NCBI RefSeq assembly: GCF_006345805.1
Contig: NC_043002.1
Location: 59,768,001-59,832,000 of the forward strand
DNA: 64,000 nucleotides
Source of the DNA: Octopus sinensis
Lineage: Eukaryota
Direction: 5' to 3'
The notes below the pieces were generated by a model. That model was given only the letters and a program-made list of their open reading frames with translations. It was not told where the DNA came from and ran no database searches. Position numbers and translations under genes: made by a program. Every line of letters begins with the position of its first letter. Position 1 is the first letter of the stretch. Below, piece after piece: positions 22,901-35,945 of this stretch.

Positions 22901-23899
22901 TCATTCTGACGTTATACCCATCTTCACCACATTACTCGTAGCCAACTGTTATTAACAATAACAGCGACAACAAAAACAACAACAAACATGTAACGAATAC
23001 ATGTAATGAAGCACACACACACACACACATATGATGTGCTTTTGCACACTTTCCATCTACTAAGTTCACTGGGAATTGGCCAGCCTGGGGCTACAGTGGA
23101 GGAAGCGTTCCCAATGAGCCGCACAGTGAGACTGAACTCGTAACCACGTGGTTTCGAAATGGACTTTATAACTATACAACCATGCCAGTGCCTATACAAA
23201 AAGAAATTACTAACAACGCAAATTCTCATTCCTTCTGAAAAATAAATATCAACGCCAGGGACTTGCATTAAATTTCACATGTCTACCAACTTCACTTAAT
23301 GTTGTCATTTACAACTATTAACAGCCATTTCCCGCCATAGAAGTCGCAGTTGTAACATCGAGATAACGAGACATAAAACATGGCTAAATCCATGATTTCT
23401 AGTTGAGTGAGGAAAGTTTACTTTATTCTGTAAGGTTTTGAACAGCTGTAAATTATACGCCGGATAATCAGTATTACATTCTACATCGCCCTTTTGAATG
23501 GTGGTGTGTGAGGAAATGCGAAAGACATTAGCATATCATATTCTCTTTAATACTATTTCCTAATACGCAAGCAGAGCAGACATTAAATTTAATGTTGGTA
23601 CAAGAGGAACTCTTCTTCATTTAATATTTCTTAAAGTATAGAAGGATTATATAATATAAAGAAGAAAAAGGAACAAACTTAAGAACTACAGATGTAGCTT
23701 GATTATTCAAATTGAAACCACTACGACTTAATAATATGTACGTGGATTTGTAAGAAAATCCATGCTGAAATTGTTGTTTTAATCTAGCTACAGATGACTT
23801 TAAGATAACTCTTATTTCAAGTCTTAACATACATAATATGTAGAGAACATAGAAGAGTGTTATATAATGTTTTAACTGATGTTTTTCTCTTCAGTTTTC

Positions 23900-24900
23900 T
23901 CTTTACGTATTGTTTATGGAGAAAACGACATCTCTACGTCTACAGTTCAACTTTAATTACAGAGTTTCTGATGGAATGGTTTCTCTGGACGAGGAATATG
24001 TGCGATATTGGTGACATTGGTGCTCATAAGCGAAAAACATGTACGACTCTGATGAGATTACTGTTTATGGATGAGAAATGTTTGCGAGTGATATGAGTAA
24101 TGGTTATGGAAGAGAAATATTTGCGGCTCGCATGAGAGCTTTGTTCATATACTTCGTACAAAGAATCTGATGCTGTGTATGAAGTACGTGAACGTTCAAA
24201 TACACAACAAATGAAATCCCAAAGAAGAAAAATCCTTTTTTTTATATCTACAACTATACTCGGCAATATGTGAAAAAAATTGCCTAATAATGCGATATGT
24301 GTTTTAATTGCTGCTGGAATGCTATTGCTGCTATTTCGACACACTCCTCAATCTCAGAATGTTGAATAGAAAAAAAAAAACTCATTTATTTTAAAAGAAA
24401 ACCTTCACGCTGGAGAAATGGAAACCAGTTCTAATGGCAAACAATGCAATGAGAGAGAGAATCGACTGTGACGTCAGACACCGGTCGGAAGTGTGTGGAC
24501 GAAATCACTCGCACTGATAGATGAGTCACAATCTGTGAAGTTGCTACACTGCAGGACTGTTGTCACATTGCATTGAATTAAATAATAGCAGGCGTTTTAT
24601 ATCGGAATGTGAGTGCAAAGTAAGAACCTCGAGAGTTGACACGTGATTTGAAAAAGAGAAATATGGATGTCTGTTCTAAATTACTGGAAGCGCTAACGAA
24701 AACATTTCTTTTTCGGATTTTGTGACAGAGGATAGAACATGTATCGTTATGATTCGAAATTGAAATCTCTGTACATAAAAGAGCGTTACACTCTTCTCAA
24801 AATTCTATAAATGTTCAAGGGTGAGAGATCAACACAGAAAAATCACAGTGATAATTTTGGGTGTATGACAATTCATTGTCCTTGAATATTGGACCGTAGC
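23900..24900 (+). mobile_element. Tc1/mariner transposase remnant
   Basis: Fragments YGENDISTSTVQ, VSAK*EPRELTRDLKKRNMDVCSKLL, VT.DRT..YD and ERSTQKITVII resemble mariner HTH, WVP and catalytic regions; heavily decayed. Confidence 0.55.
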
Positions 24901-25449
24901 TCTACGGTAAATTGCAACGCCCAAAAATTCATAGAAGATGCGACTGAAGGAACAAACCGTACAAACACATGAAAACAATCCCCATGAATGATAAGTGTGG
25001 CTCACACACATCTTTATCAACACGTCAGGCAATTGGAAAACTGGGCCGGTCGGTAGTCCCTGGTCCGCTCTTCAGCTTGCCTCATGCATGCTCGAACTTC
25101 CGTCCTTTTGGTTCAGTTAAGTGAAACCTTCGGGGAAAATGGGTTGATGCACATCTGAATAATTTCAAAGGGGATCAGAAGATTAGTGTCAACGATGATG
25201 CAACTGTATAGCTTGTGAGATAGACTATGTTGCCTAACATAATTATATTGAGGCAGAGGTACTCAAACAACAAGCACAATTTTACCGCCTTATGCTCGTT
25301 AATCAAAATAGCTATGTTCACCGTTTTGATTATTTTCAATACAAATCTCGTACAAAGGTATGCTTGACTGTTATGAATGTAAATACATGCATCTGTATGT
25401 ATATATACATGTATGTATATATAATATAAATATATATCTATGTGTGTAC

Positions 25450-25832
25450 TAACCACAAGGTTCTGGGTTCAGTCCCACTGCGTGGCACCTCGAGCAACTG
25501 TCTTCTGCTATAACTTCGAGCCAACCAAAGCCTTGTGAGTGGATTTGGTAGAGGGAAACTGAAAGAAGCCCGTCGTATATATGTATATATATATGTGTTT
25601 GTATGTGTGTGTGTGTGTATATGTTTGTGTGTCTGTGTTTGTCTCTCCCCCAACAATGCTTGACAATAGATGCTGGTGTGTTTAACGTCCCGTAATTTAG
25701 CGGTTCGGCAAAAGAGACCGATAAAATAAGTACTAGACATACAAACAATAAGTCCCGGGGTCGATTTGCTCGACTAAAGGCGATGCTCCAGCATGCCCAC
25801 AGTCAAATAACTGAAACAATTAAAAGAGTAAA
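25450..25832 (+). mobile_element. Family B SINE with internal microsatellite and CR1-like tail
   Basis: gggttcagtcccactgcgtggcacc...gaaagaagcccgtcgtatat-(TG)n-...gcggttcggcaaaagagaccga...tgctccagcatgcccacagtcaaataactgaaac. Confidence 0.88.
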
Positions 25833-26756
25833 GAGTATACTTATAAATACATATTCACACGCATCTCTCACTCTCTCTCTCTGTATCTATCTATTTATCT
25901 GTCTGTCTGTCTGGTTGTCTCTGTCTGTCTATCCATCCATCCATCCAGCCAGCCAGACAGCCAGCCAGCCAGCCAGCCAGCCACCCACCCATCTACCTAC
26001 CTACCTACCTACCTACCTACCTACCTACCTAACTACCTACCTACCTACCTACCTACCTACATACATACATACATACATACATACATACCTACCTACCTAC
26101 CTACCTACCTACCTCTCTATCTATCTATCTATATCTATCTATCTATCTATCTATCTATATCTATCTATCTATCTATCTATCTATCTCTACTTGCCTGCAT
26201 ATCTATCTACATGCATTTGGTTACAGTTTTAAAGCCGAAACAATACAAATTATAAAAATATTTATGTTCTTAATTTATCAAAACATAAAACTACAAGTGG
26301 TGTTACTATGCCTTTGCTCAGAAATATATCATTTACCAGCGAACTTAACAATGAATTAACAGCGGTCCGTTCAACAAAACACATTCCACTGCAAACGAAA
26401 ACAATTTCATCCTGGAATAATTAAAACTGAAATCATTGCAGCGACAACAGTCGAGCTACTTTTGCAGAGAGAATAGATGAAATAAGAGATACAGACAAAT
26501 TTACTCAATCGAATTGGTATAGGAATATCGCCCACACAAATGAATAAATTAACTTAGCAAAGGCAGCAGACAGTGTTAAAATATATAAAGATTGGCTGAA
26601 AAAAATTTACAAAGCGCTCAGAAAGCGCTAACAGAATATTTAATGACTAACTTACTGAAAGAGACGGAAACAAACGGAGAATGCCAAGTCATGAGATCAA
26701 AATAAAAATAAAACACAGGTGTACAGCTAGAATATAAATATATAACATATAACACA

Positions 26757-26970
26757 TATAGTTCTATATTTAAGAGATGAGGAATTATGCGCATTATTTA
26801 CATTATTTACATTATTTAATATTTGTCATCATCTTGTTTGTAGTTAGCACAACGTTCCGGATGATATACCCTCCAGCCTTCATCAGGTGTCTCGAGGAAA
26901 TTTCGAACCTGGGTTCTCAAGATGAGGGCAAGTATCCGTCAAATGTAAATAATGTAAATAATATAACACA
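26757..26970. mobile_element. HHR repeat family H1, inverted pair with central deletion
   Basis: Minus-strand unit (degenerate HHR at 26848-26890) fused directly to a plus-strand tail agatgagggcaagtatccgtcaaatgtaaataatg. Confidence 0.7.
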
Positions 26971-27608
26971 TATGATTAACTGAAATGGACAAATAAACAG
27001 GAATTCATCTTGATTTAAGAAAACGGGTGATTCATCACTATTATCATTAGGTGTCATTCCTAACAGACCGCATATGTCCCTGTTTCTATCTTTTCTCTGC
27101 CATTCTGCGCATTTCCAGTATGCTGTTTTAGTCCAGTAGTTGATGTTATCAAACCAGTTTGTTCTGGGTCTTCTTCTCCAGCGTTTGTTTCTTATCTTTC
27201 CTTCTAGCACCAGCTCTTCTGTACTCTCTGTTCTTATGCTCGTACTCTATGACCAAAGTAAGTTTTCCTATTTTTCGTTTTCATTGTTGAAAGTAATGAT
27301 CTTTTTGTATTTGCTACTTCTAGCACTTCTGCCTTAGCCTTATCTTTTTTCGAAGACGTTCTTAAAATTGTATGAAAGCGTTGAGGCTAGTGACTTGGGG
27401 TGTTGAACCCACGATGGAAGGAATTTTGTTTCGATCCCGTGGCGCATCGTGTTCTGGAGCGAGAACACTCCATTTCACTTTGCTTCGGTCACACTCAACT
27501 GTAAATTAGTAACAGTTAGACGGACTCTCGTCCCGTTCAAGCAAAATGTTGCGTTCTCGGTCATTTATATGGCATGGACAGTGAATTTCCACTGAATGTG
27601 AGGTAGGG

Positions 27609-27640
<32 letters not shown>

Positions 27641-29313
27641 CAAGGTATAAAGGAGATGAAGAAGGAAAGCAAAAGAGATTGAGAGATAAAAGGGAGGGGA
27701 AAGGGGTTAAGGAATACGAGAGATGGAAAATGAAATCAGAGCGACAGAGGAACCATGGGGAGAGAGGGAGGGAGAGACAAGAGAGATGGAGGAGGAAGGA
27801 GTAAGGGAGAAAAGCGAGAACGAGAGGGTAAGAGAGACAGAGAGGTAAAGAGAGACAGAGGGGTAAAGAGAGACCGATAGGGAAAGAAGAGGAAGGAAAA
27901 GGAGGGAAAGAGGAAAAGTGGATGAAAGTCGTATATAATATTGAAAGGGTATCTTTTGTTACAAAGTAAATACCAAATTGTACGTAGCGTTAGATGGATA
28001 AGTCCAAGGTAAAAAAAAACAACAACAACAAGCGGAAATCATCAAAATATAACCAGTAGGAAAAGGACGACAGCACAACAATGGCGAACAGGACAGAACA
28101 AGATACACGGGTCATTCGCAGCTAATCACTTCTTCAGTCGGAGTTTGGAATGTTCTCGTAGTTTCGCCCATTCCTTTCCGATACTACTCGAAACCAGTTG
28201 GGCGAAGGGCTTGGCTGAAGGCATTAAGCACTTGAGCAAGGCGACCGAATGTATACATGTGCATATATATATATATATATATATATGAATATTAAATATA
28301 TGTACATATATAGATATATGCATATATATTTATAAATGGAGGCTATACATGGAAAAAGATGTATAGCAGGTGGGAGTGATACAGGGATAGCGAGGAGAAA
28401 GTGAAAAATTGAATTAGTTATATACATATATATTTATAATAAAGTACGCCATCCCCAAAAGAAGAATGTACAAAACAATCTCAAATAGGTTTTTAGCTAA
28501 ATAACTATGTCAAAAGTTACGCGAAAATATGAATTTCTATTATTTTAAATCACACAGTGTGTATTTGAAGAATTGAAAATGAAAATAGAAGAGAATTATA
28601 ATAATATACATTGAGTTAAGACCTTAAGTAAATAGCGTTGACTTTCAATCTAAAATTACATTATGTTTACAGAACAATGTCACACACTTCTTATATGCCT
28701 TATCATTAATATTATTCACACAAGTGAGAGGTTCTATTCTTCAATATTTGTTTGTCTTTTTCAAGAAGTTCCGTTATTCCCATTAATACCACTATTATTG
28801 TTTCATTTAACGAAATACAAACATATTTAGGTAAACAAAGAACTTAGGAAAATGTTTGTGAATCGCAATTTTCTGGTGTCAAAGCAAATATTCTTCTCGA
28901 AATAATTAGCTTAGAAAATCATAAGTTTTGAATATAATGACTGATGTATATGTGTGTTTGTATATATGTAAATACGAATATATATACGTGTATGTATGTC
29001 TAAATCTCTCTCTCTCTCTCTCTATGTATGTATTTATGTATATATGTATTATGTATGAATGCTTGTATGTATGTATCTATCTATATCTTTCTATCTCCCC
29101 CTATCTCCCCCTATCTCCCCCTATCTCCCTCTGTTTGTATGCGTGAGCATACACACCTGTAAATGTGATTATAGATGCATATATGACATTCGCCAATATA
29201 TGTTTGCACAATTCTTACACGGCTTTCCTTTTTTACCTTGCCATGATACTGTCACTCTCTGTCTCAAATATTAAATAATGTTTCGAAACTTTACATCAAG
29301 GTAAATATATATG

Positions 29314-29382
<69 letters not shown>

Positions 29383-29454
29383 TGTTATTATTATTATTAT
29401 TATATTATTATTATATTATTATTATTATTATTATCATTATTGTTATTATTATTA

Positions 29455-29504
<50 letters not shown>

Positions 29505-29876
29505 TATTGTTGTTGTTTTTTTGGGGGATTTATATTCGTGTAACATCGTCCTTTTTTTTCTGTCCTTGTTTCGTATACATTCGATCCTTTTTCCAAGGAA
29601 TCTAATGCTCTTAGGTTAGTTTTTCCTTGGGGCTGGCCAGATTGGAGCAATCTCAAGACTAATCAGCCGAAATTGTGAGGATGATCCGGTTCTTGACTGA
29701 AGATTAAAGGCTTCGAATGACTCGTCCGTGTTTTTTTATCGTCTATTTGAATGTTTTGCGTTCTTGTCCCATTTTGTATTTGATATATATATATAGAACG
29801 CCATGTTGGATCGTTAGTCCCTACACGCATTTTTTTCTCTCTCTCCTTGTTTCTCTCCTTGTTTCTTTTCTGTGTA

Positions 29877-29914
29877 TCTTTCTGTCGAAGAGCGTAGGCT
29901 CGAAACGTAAAAGA
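29877..29914 (+). ncRNA. Minimal type I hammerhead-like motif, family H2 (A6U core variant)
   Basis: tcttt-CTGTCGA-A-GAGC(gtag)GCTC-GAA-ACGT-A-aaaga: stems I and II pair, and stem III is a palindromic ACGT. Activity untested. Confidence 0.55.
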
Positions 29915-30443
29915 CTTGTTTTATTTCTATTCCTGAGCACCATACAAATACATTATTTGTTTGTACTCCACCTGCCTTCGTCTTTTTTTACTTTCGTAAA
30001 CCTTCCCGTTATATATATATATGTATGTATATATATCTTTATTTATACATATAAGCATATATATATATATACATGAATACATACATACATATATATACAC
30101 ACACACATGCACACACATATATTATATGTAAATAAAACTTACTTGGAAAAGGATACGTGGTGTTCGAACTTATAATAAAAGAAATAATATATAAACCTAT
30201 GCATCTATACATACATATATGTACATACCTACATATATGTGTATATACAGGCATATATGGGTACAGGGCATCATAAAACGTTGAACACAATGAGAAACGA
30301 TAACATAAAAACAAAAACATAGAAAACGAACCTTTTTTCGAACAACGAAAAAAAAAACAGAGAGACGAGACATGCAACAAAAAGAATAGTCTTCTTCATT
30401 AGTTGTCCCTGTTTCGTCTATTCCGCATAACGAAGGCAAGGAA

Positions 30444-30478
<35 letters not shown>

Positions 30479-30548
30479 ATGAAAATAGTAATGCAATACG
30501 AGAGTATTGCTCTCCAGTAAAGGATAGCCCGTGAGGGTAAAATTATAC

Positions 30549-31091
30549 ATAAAAGTAAATAAATGGTATGACGAGGCCCCGATATCTACTGGAAAATAGC
30601 GAACGTAATAAATACGACGCTAATGTATAGCTTCACTGCGTATGTACTAGTAAAGATGCGTGTGTGCCACAAGCATGAAAAAAATTGTCTTACCACTAGG
30701 AAGAACATCTGAAAAATGAAAAACCTAGATAACGGATAATGCAGTACCGGTTTCGGATTTTTCAAAATACGCTTGCCAAACGTATATTTGATTTATCTTC
30801 ATCAGCTGCATAAACCTCGACAATATTTCAAATGTTGCCACATCTATGCCAGTACACTCGTTTGGCAAGCGTATTTTGAAAAATCTGAAACCGGTACTGC
30901 ATTATCCGTTATCTAGGTTTTTCATTTTTCAGATGTTCTTCCTAGAGGTAAGGCAATTTTTTCATGCTTGTTGCACATACGCATCTTTACTAGTACATAC
31001 GCAGTGAAGCTATACATTAGCGTCGTATTTATTACGTTCGCTATTTTCCAGTAGATATCGGTGCTTCGTTGTACCATTTATTTACTTTTAT
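30549..31091. mobile_element. Long foldback MITE (about 234-bp arms, 76-bp spacer)
   Basis: 30549-30782 and 30859-31091 are near-perfect reverse complements (ataaaagtaaataaatggta...ttgccaaacg). Confidence 0.88.
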
Positions 31092-31152
31092 ATATATATA
31101 TATACATATGTATATCAGCCACTCCTGCGGCTATATATATATATATATATAT

Positions 31153-31227
<75 letters not shown>

Positions 31228-31750
31228 GTGTTCAGTATGATATCTGTATTTGCCGTATTGCTGGTGAGCTCTTTTAGAATTGGAGAGGACGTTTTCTTCC
31301 TATGATATTTTGATACACAAAACGTCATCAGAATAACTTCAAAAGTCACTTACAGCAAATCAAATCATTGAGAAACGAGAATATTTCATTTCTCTCTTTG
31401 GAAGCATCGTTTAGTCATAATTTTGCTCCAGCTCAGTTTATCTTCACCAATTTAAACTTTCTTGCAAAGTCGAATCCTATAGCAAGAAGTCTTTCGTTGG
31501 AGGTTAAAGCATTATCGGATTCTTCCCTTTCCTCGACCAACCTTGGTCGCTGTTCGAATATATCATAGAAGCTTCTCCTCCTTTTATGACTCAGCCATTA
31601 TTACGTTCCTTCAATATCTCTGGAGCAATCTGCGATGAACATGACTTTACACATATCAAACTAGGAATTGGTGGTGGTGGTGGTGGGGGGGCAATTAACG
31701 ACTGCATCTAAAAGTTTGAGAATGTCGCTTCTTTAATGATTGCCGGTAGG

Positions 31751-34227
31751 TCTTTCGTAAAAACAGAAGCAATTCAGTTTGTCACTGAGCAGTCAGTCCT
31801 CGTTACAGAAAATATCGGCGAAACACTATTATTGCCGCGGAAGTGTGACGAAAGAACTCTGGCCGAAATAAGCTTAAGATTAATGTAAAAAATAATAAAG
31901 TTGAAGCAAATTAACACCTAATATATAGTGCGTGTGTCTTTATTGGCTAAACTGGCAACATGACCATTCTTAAATCCAACAACATCTGTTTCAACACACG
32001 ATTTCACATCAAGAATATTGCAAAACAAATATATAAACATGACAACGTGAGCCCTAGCCAGGCTAGCAAGACGCTGAAGAACACTAGTATCTTTTCTTTT
32101 TGATGGACGGAATTTTCTAGTTAACTAAATAATTTGAAACTTCGTATACTGGTAGAATGTGTCAAAAGAAAACATTATTGTAAACAAAATTGAAAACAAA
32201 ATTGTAATTTGTAAGTTTGACGTAGTTTAATTCTTCGAATTTTAACCAATGAAATCCCAGCATTTGAGCTGAAATCATTTGCTGCGTCTAAAAACTCACA
32301 CACACACACGTCTTATTCATCCTTCTCTCTTCTGTCTTCTGCATGTGCTAGAAATAACAGCTATATCTCTTAAATCGATGAATTTCGTCGCCCAATAAAA
32401 ATATTAACGATATTTTTTGAATATTTTCTTTATTTTTTTTTACCGAAAAGGCTTCTCCCATGATTTTGAAGGGCCTCGTGCTGCATCTGAGAAAATATTT
32501 TGACACCAATTCAATTTAAATTTTGAAGTGAAACTAATGGGGTTTTTTTGTGTGTGTTCTTAAATGGCTTACAAACATATTTGATTTTGATTTTTTGATT
32601 TTTCCAGTTTCAGCTCATGAGCTGTGGCCATGCTGGGGCACATGGATCTTTTCTTTTTGATGGACGGAATTTTCTAGTTAACTAAACAATTTGAAACTTC
32701 GTATACTGGCTGTTTCTGGCCCTTCAAAACCATGGGAGAAGCCTTTTCGGTAAAAAAAAATAAAGAAAATATTCAAAAAATATCGTTGATATTTTTATTG
32801 GGCGACGAAATTCATCGATTTAAGAGATATAGCTGTTATTTCTAGCACACGCAGAAGACAGAAGATAGAAGAGAGAAGGATGAATAAGACGTGTGTGTGT
32901 GAGTGTTTAGACACAGCAAATGATTTCAGCTCAAATGCTGGTATCTCATTGGTTAAAATTCGAAGAATTAAACTACGTTAAACTTACAAGTTACAATTTT
33001 GTTTTCAATTTTGTTTACAATAATGTTTTCTTTTGACACATTCTACCAGTATATGAAGTTTCAAATTATTTAGTTAACTAGAAAATTCCGTCCATCAAAA
33101 AGAAAAGATCCCAACACTATATTCAGTTGCCTACGGACAACCGTGACGACTCAACAGCTTCACTTTATTAAACAATTGTCTCCTCCAAAATATGCATTAG
33201 CAGAGTCACATCCAACGTAGAACGACTTGAACTCACCAAAGGCCAAGCTGAAAAGCTGAATCGAACGCTGATAGTGAATATAAAGAAAAAAATCTACAAA
33301 GAACTAAGCGAACAAGAAAAACGCGAACGCATATTATTAAGAGGAACTAGAAGCATCACCACACGAACAGAGAGAATCACACTTATGGATATAATACACG
33401 CAGAGAACACACATATTATACGCCAGTGCAATAGACACTTTAGAAAGAAATTGTCATGGTTAAAACGTAAACATTACAAACTCGCCAAAGAAGAGAAACG
33501 GAGGTACCCAGACACAATAAACGGAATTGTTATGGCGGATGTCCTACTACCAGCAGAATTCAGCAGGGACATTGAAGCGAACATCTATGGAGGAATAACA
33601 ACTGACCCAAACGAAAAATCGATGCTTCAACTACCACCAAAATATGCTGTATATAATAAGGTGAATACCATCCAATGCCTATCCGAGAGTGAAAAGTCAT
33701 TCACAAAAATACGTTGGAATTTAAATATGTACAACAAGAACAACAACAACAACAACAACAATACGAACAACATTAACCGCAGCAACAACAACAATCACAA
33801 CAACAACAACTCGAACAGCAATGACAACACAAATAATAATGACCGCAGCAACAACAACAACAACAGCAAAAAACGAACACATGAACACAAGCAACAGATA
33901 CAAATAAATACAACAACAACGATAACAGGGGGAACGGATACACAAACACACACACACAGATAACCATAGTCACAAGGACACGAATAAAAGTTGGGTCATG
34001 GGGATCAAGAGGGAGAATAAAGTTGAATGCAACAGAATTCTTGGACAGGCAGTCAGTAGACTTGAAACAGAAAACACTACTGGTAGGAACAAAAACAGCG
34101 AGAGAGGGAATGGCAGGGACCAACAGACAGACATAAGAACTAACACTAGAAATAAGAAGAATGAGAATATCACTAGCGATAATCAGAGAGATAGCAATAG
34201 TGGTAGTGGTAGGAATAACAGTAATAA

Positions 34228-34303
<76 letters not shown>

Positions 34304-34773
34304 GGTGGTGGTGGTAGTATTAGTAGTAGTAGTGGTGGTAACAGTAGTAGTTGTGGTGGTGATAATAATAGTAGTAGTAGTAGTGGTGGTGGTGATAGCG
34401 GTAATGGTGGTGGCAAAAGTGGTGGTAGTCGTAGTGGGGTCGATGATGGTAACAGTAACGACAGTAATAGTTGCAGCGGTAATGAGGAAGGTAACCCTAG
34501 AAGGGCCAATAACATGAATACCCACCCCTTGACACTCAGTTCTTTCGTAAAAAACAGAAGCAATTCAGTTTGTCATTGAGCAGTCAGTCCTCGTTACAGA
34601 AAATATCGGCGAAACACTATTGTTGCCGCGGAAGTGTGACGAAAGAACTCTGGTCGAAATAAGATTAAGATTAATGTAAAAGATAAATAAAGCTGAAGCA
34701 AATTAACACCAAATATATAGTGCGTGTGTCTTTATTGGCTAAACTAGCAACATGACCATTCCTAAATACAACA

Positions 34774-34774
<1 letters not shown>
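31751..34774 (+). mobile_element. Internally deleted Penelope-like element with about 233-bp direct pseudo-LTRs
   Basis: Direct repeats at 31751-31983 and 34541-34774; ORF from the ATG at 31960 continues after the MITE, ending ...DPNEKSMLQLPPKYAVYNKV..EKSFTKIRW (PLE N-terminal-like); no RT or GIY-YIG left. Confidence 0.65.
32087..33112. mobile_element. Foldback DNA transposon (about 390-bp TIRs) with 7-bp TSD aacacta
   Basis: Arms 32087-32475 and 32718-33112 are inverted; aacacta at 32080-32086 and 33113-33119; removing the element and one TSD restores the reading frame (KNT-IFSCL). Confidence 0.88.
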
Positions 34775-34819
<45 letters not shown>

Positions 34820-34822
<3 letters not shown>

Positions 34823-34956
34823 TAACATATGCACATTACTTGCATCATTTACATTTGACGAATATTTGTCCTCATCTTGTTGTTAACACGGTTCGGCTGA
34901 TATACCCTCCAGCCATCATCAGGTGTCTTTTCATTCCTAAAGTATTTTCCGATGTT

Positions 34957-34988
<32 letters not shown>

Positions 34989-35113
34989 ATTATTATTATT
35001 ATTATTATTATCACTGCCTGGAATCGAACTCGGATTCATGGGGTTAGTAGCACGCGCTCTTAACCACTACGCCATATGCCCGTGGGCATATAATAGGAAT
35101 AATAATAATAATG

Positions 35114-35183
<70 letters not shown>

Positions 35184-35365
35184 CAACAACAACATCGAAA
35201 AATACCTTAGGAATGAGAATACAGGTTCAAAATTTCTCCAGGACCTGATGAAGGCTGGAGGGTATATCAGCTGAAACGTTGTGTTAACAACAAACAAGAT
35301 GAGGACAAATATCCAGCAAATATAAATAATGTACATAATTCGTCATTTCTTAAATATAGAACTGT
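34820..35365. mobile_element. tRNA-head + (AAT)n + HHR element (family H1), head-to-head inverted pair
   Basis: Minus HHR unit, (ATT)n, tRNA-like head 35011-35081 (minus), palindromic junction tatgccc-gt-gggcata, (AAT)n, plus HHR unit. Confidence 0.78.
35241..35286 (+). ncRNA. Minimal hammerhead motif, family H1
   Basis: CTGATGA-A-GGCTG(gagggtatat)CAGCT-GAA-ACGT-T-gtgtt; core intact, stem I weakened. Confidence 0.6.
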
Positions 35366-35550
35366 AATAATAACTTATGCAGTTGATTAATTTCTTATAC
35401 AGAAAATTCCATTTGTTCAATAATTGATTTTGAACATATTACATTTTATACAATATCTAAGACCAGGTATTTAATTAGATAAGAATGACTTTCAAAACTA
35501 CTTATAATGAAGGCCTCTATTTAAAAACGAACGCAGATATAATCGTGAAA

Positions 35551-35945
35551 TGCGCAGCAAGGCTGTGTGGTGAGAAGCTTGCTTCCCAACCTTATGGTGC
35601 CGAGTTCAGTCCCACTGCAGGGAACTTTGGGCCAGTGTCTTCTACTATAGCCTCGGGCCGACCAAATCCCTGTAAGTGGATTATGTGTGCGTATGTGTGT
35701 GCGTGTGTGTGTGTGTGTGTGTATTTGTGTGTGTATTTTTGTGTCTGTGTTGGTCTTGCTACTATCACTTGACAACTGATGTTGGTGTGTTTACATCCCC
35801 ATAATCTAGCGGTTCGACAAAAGATATCAATATAATGTGTACTAGGCTTAGAAAGAAAAAGTCCAGGGGGTCGATGTGTTCGACTAAAGACGGTGCTCCA
35901 GCGTGGTCGCAGTGAAATGACTGAAACAAATAAAAGAGTAAAAAA
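35551..35945 (+). mobile_element. Full-length family B SINE (uninterrupted head; reference for the empty target site)
   Basis: ggctgtgtggtgagaagcttgcttcccaaccttatgg...; CR1-like tail tgctccagcgtggtcgcagtgaaatgactgaaac. Confidence 0.85.

Noticed and set aside
31290-31600. Possible host exon on the minus strand
   Set aside because: The best frame has several stops and at most weak resemblance to a PLE N-terminus; no splice-supported exon.
31840-31875. gtgacga...gaaata in the PLE pseudo-LTRs (also about 34635)
   Set aside because: This is the expected place for a hammerhead, but C3 and the U16.1 pairing are missing in both copies.
35011-35081. Possible real tRNA gene (also 21760-21840 and 45378-45450)
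   Set aside because: A and B boxes are present but the acceptor stem/cloverleaf is incomplete and each continues into a repeat body; treated as SINE heads.
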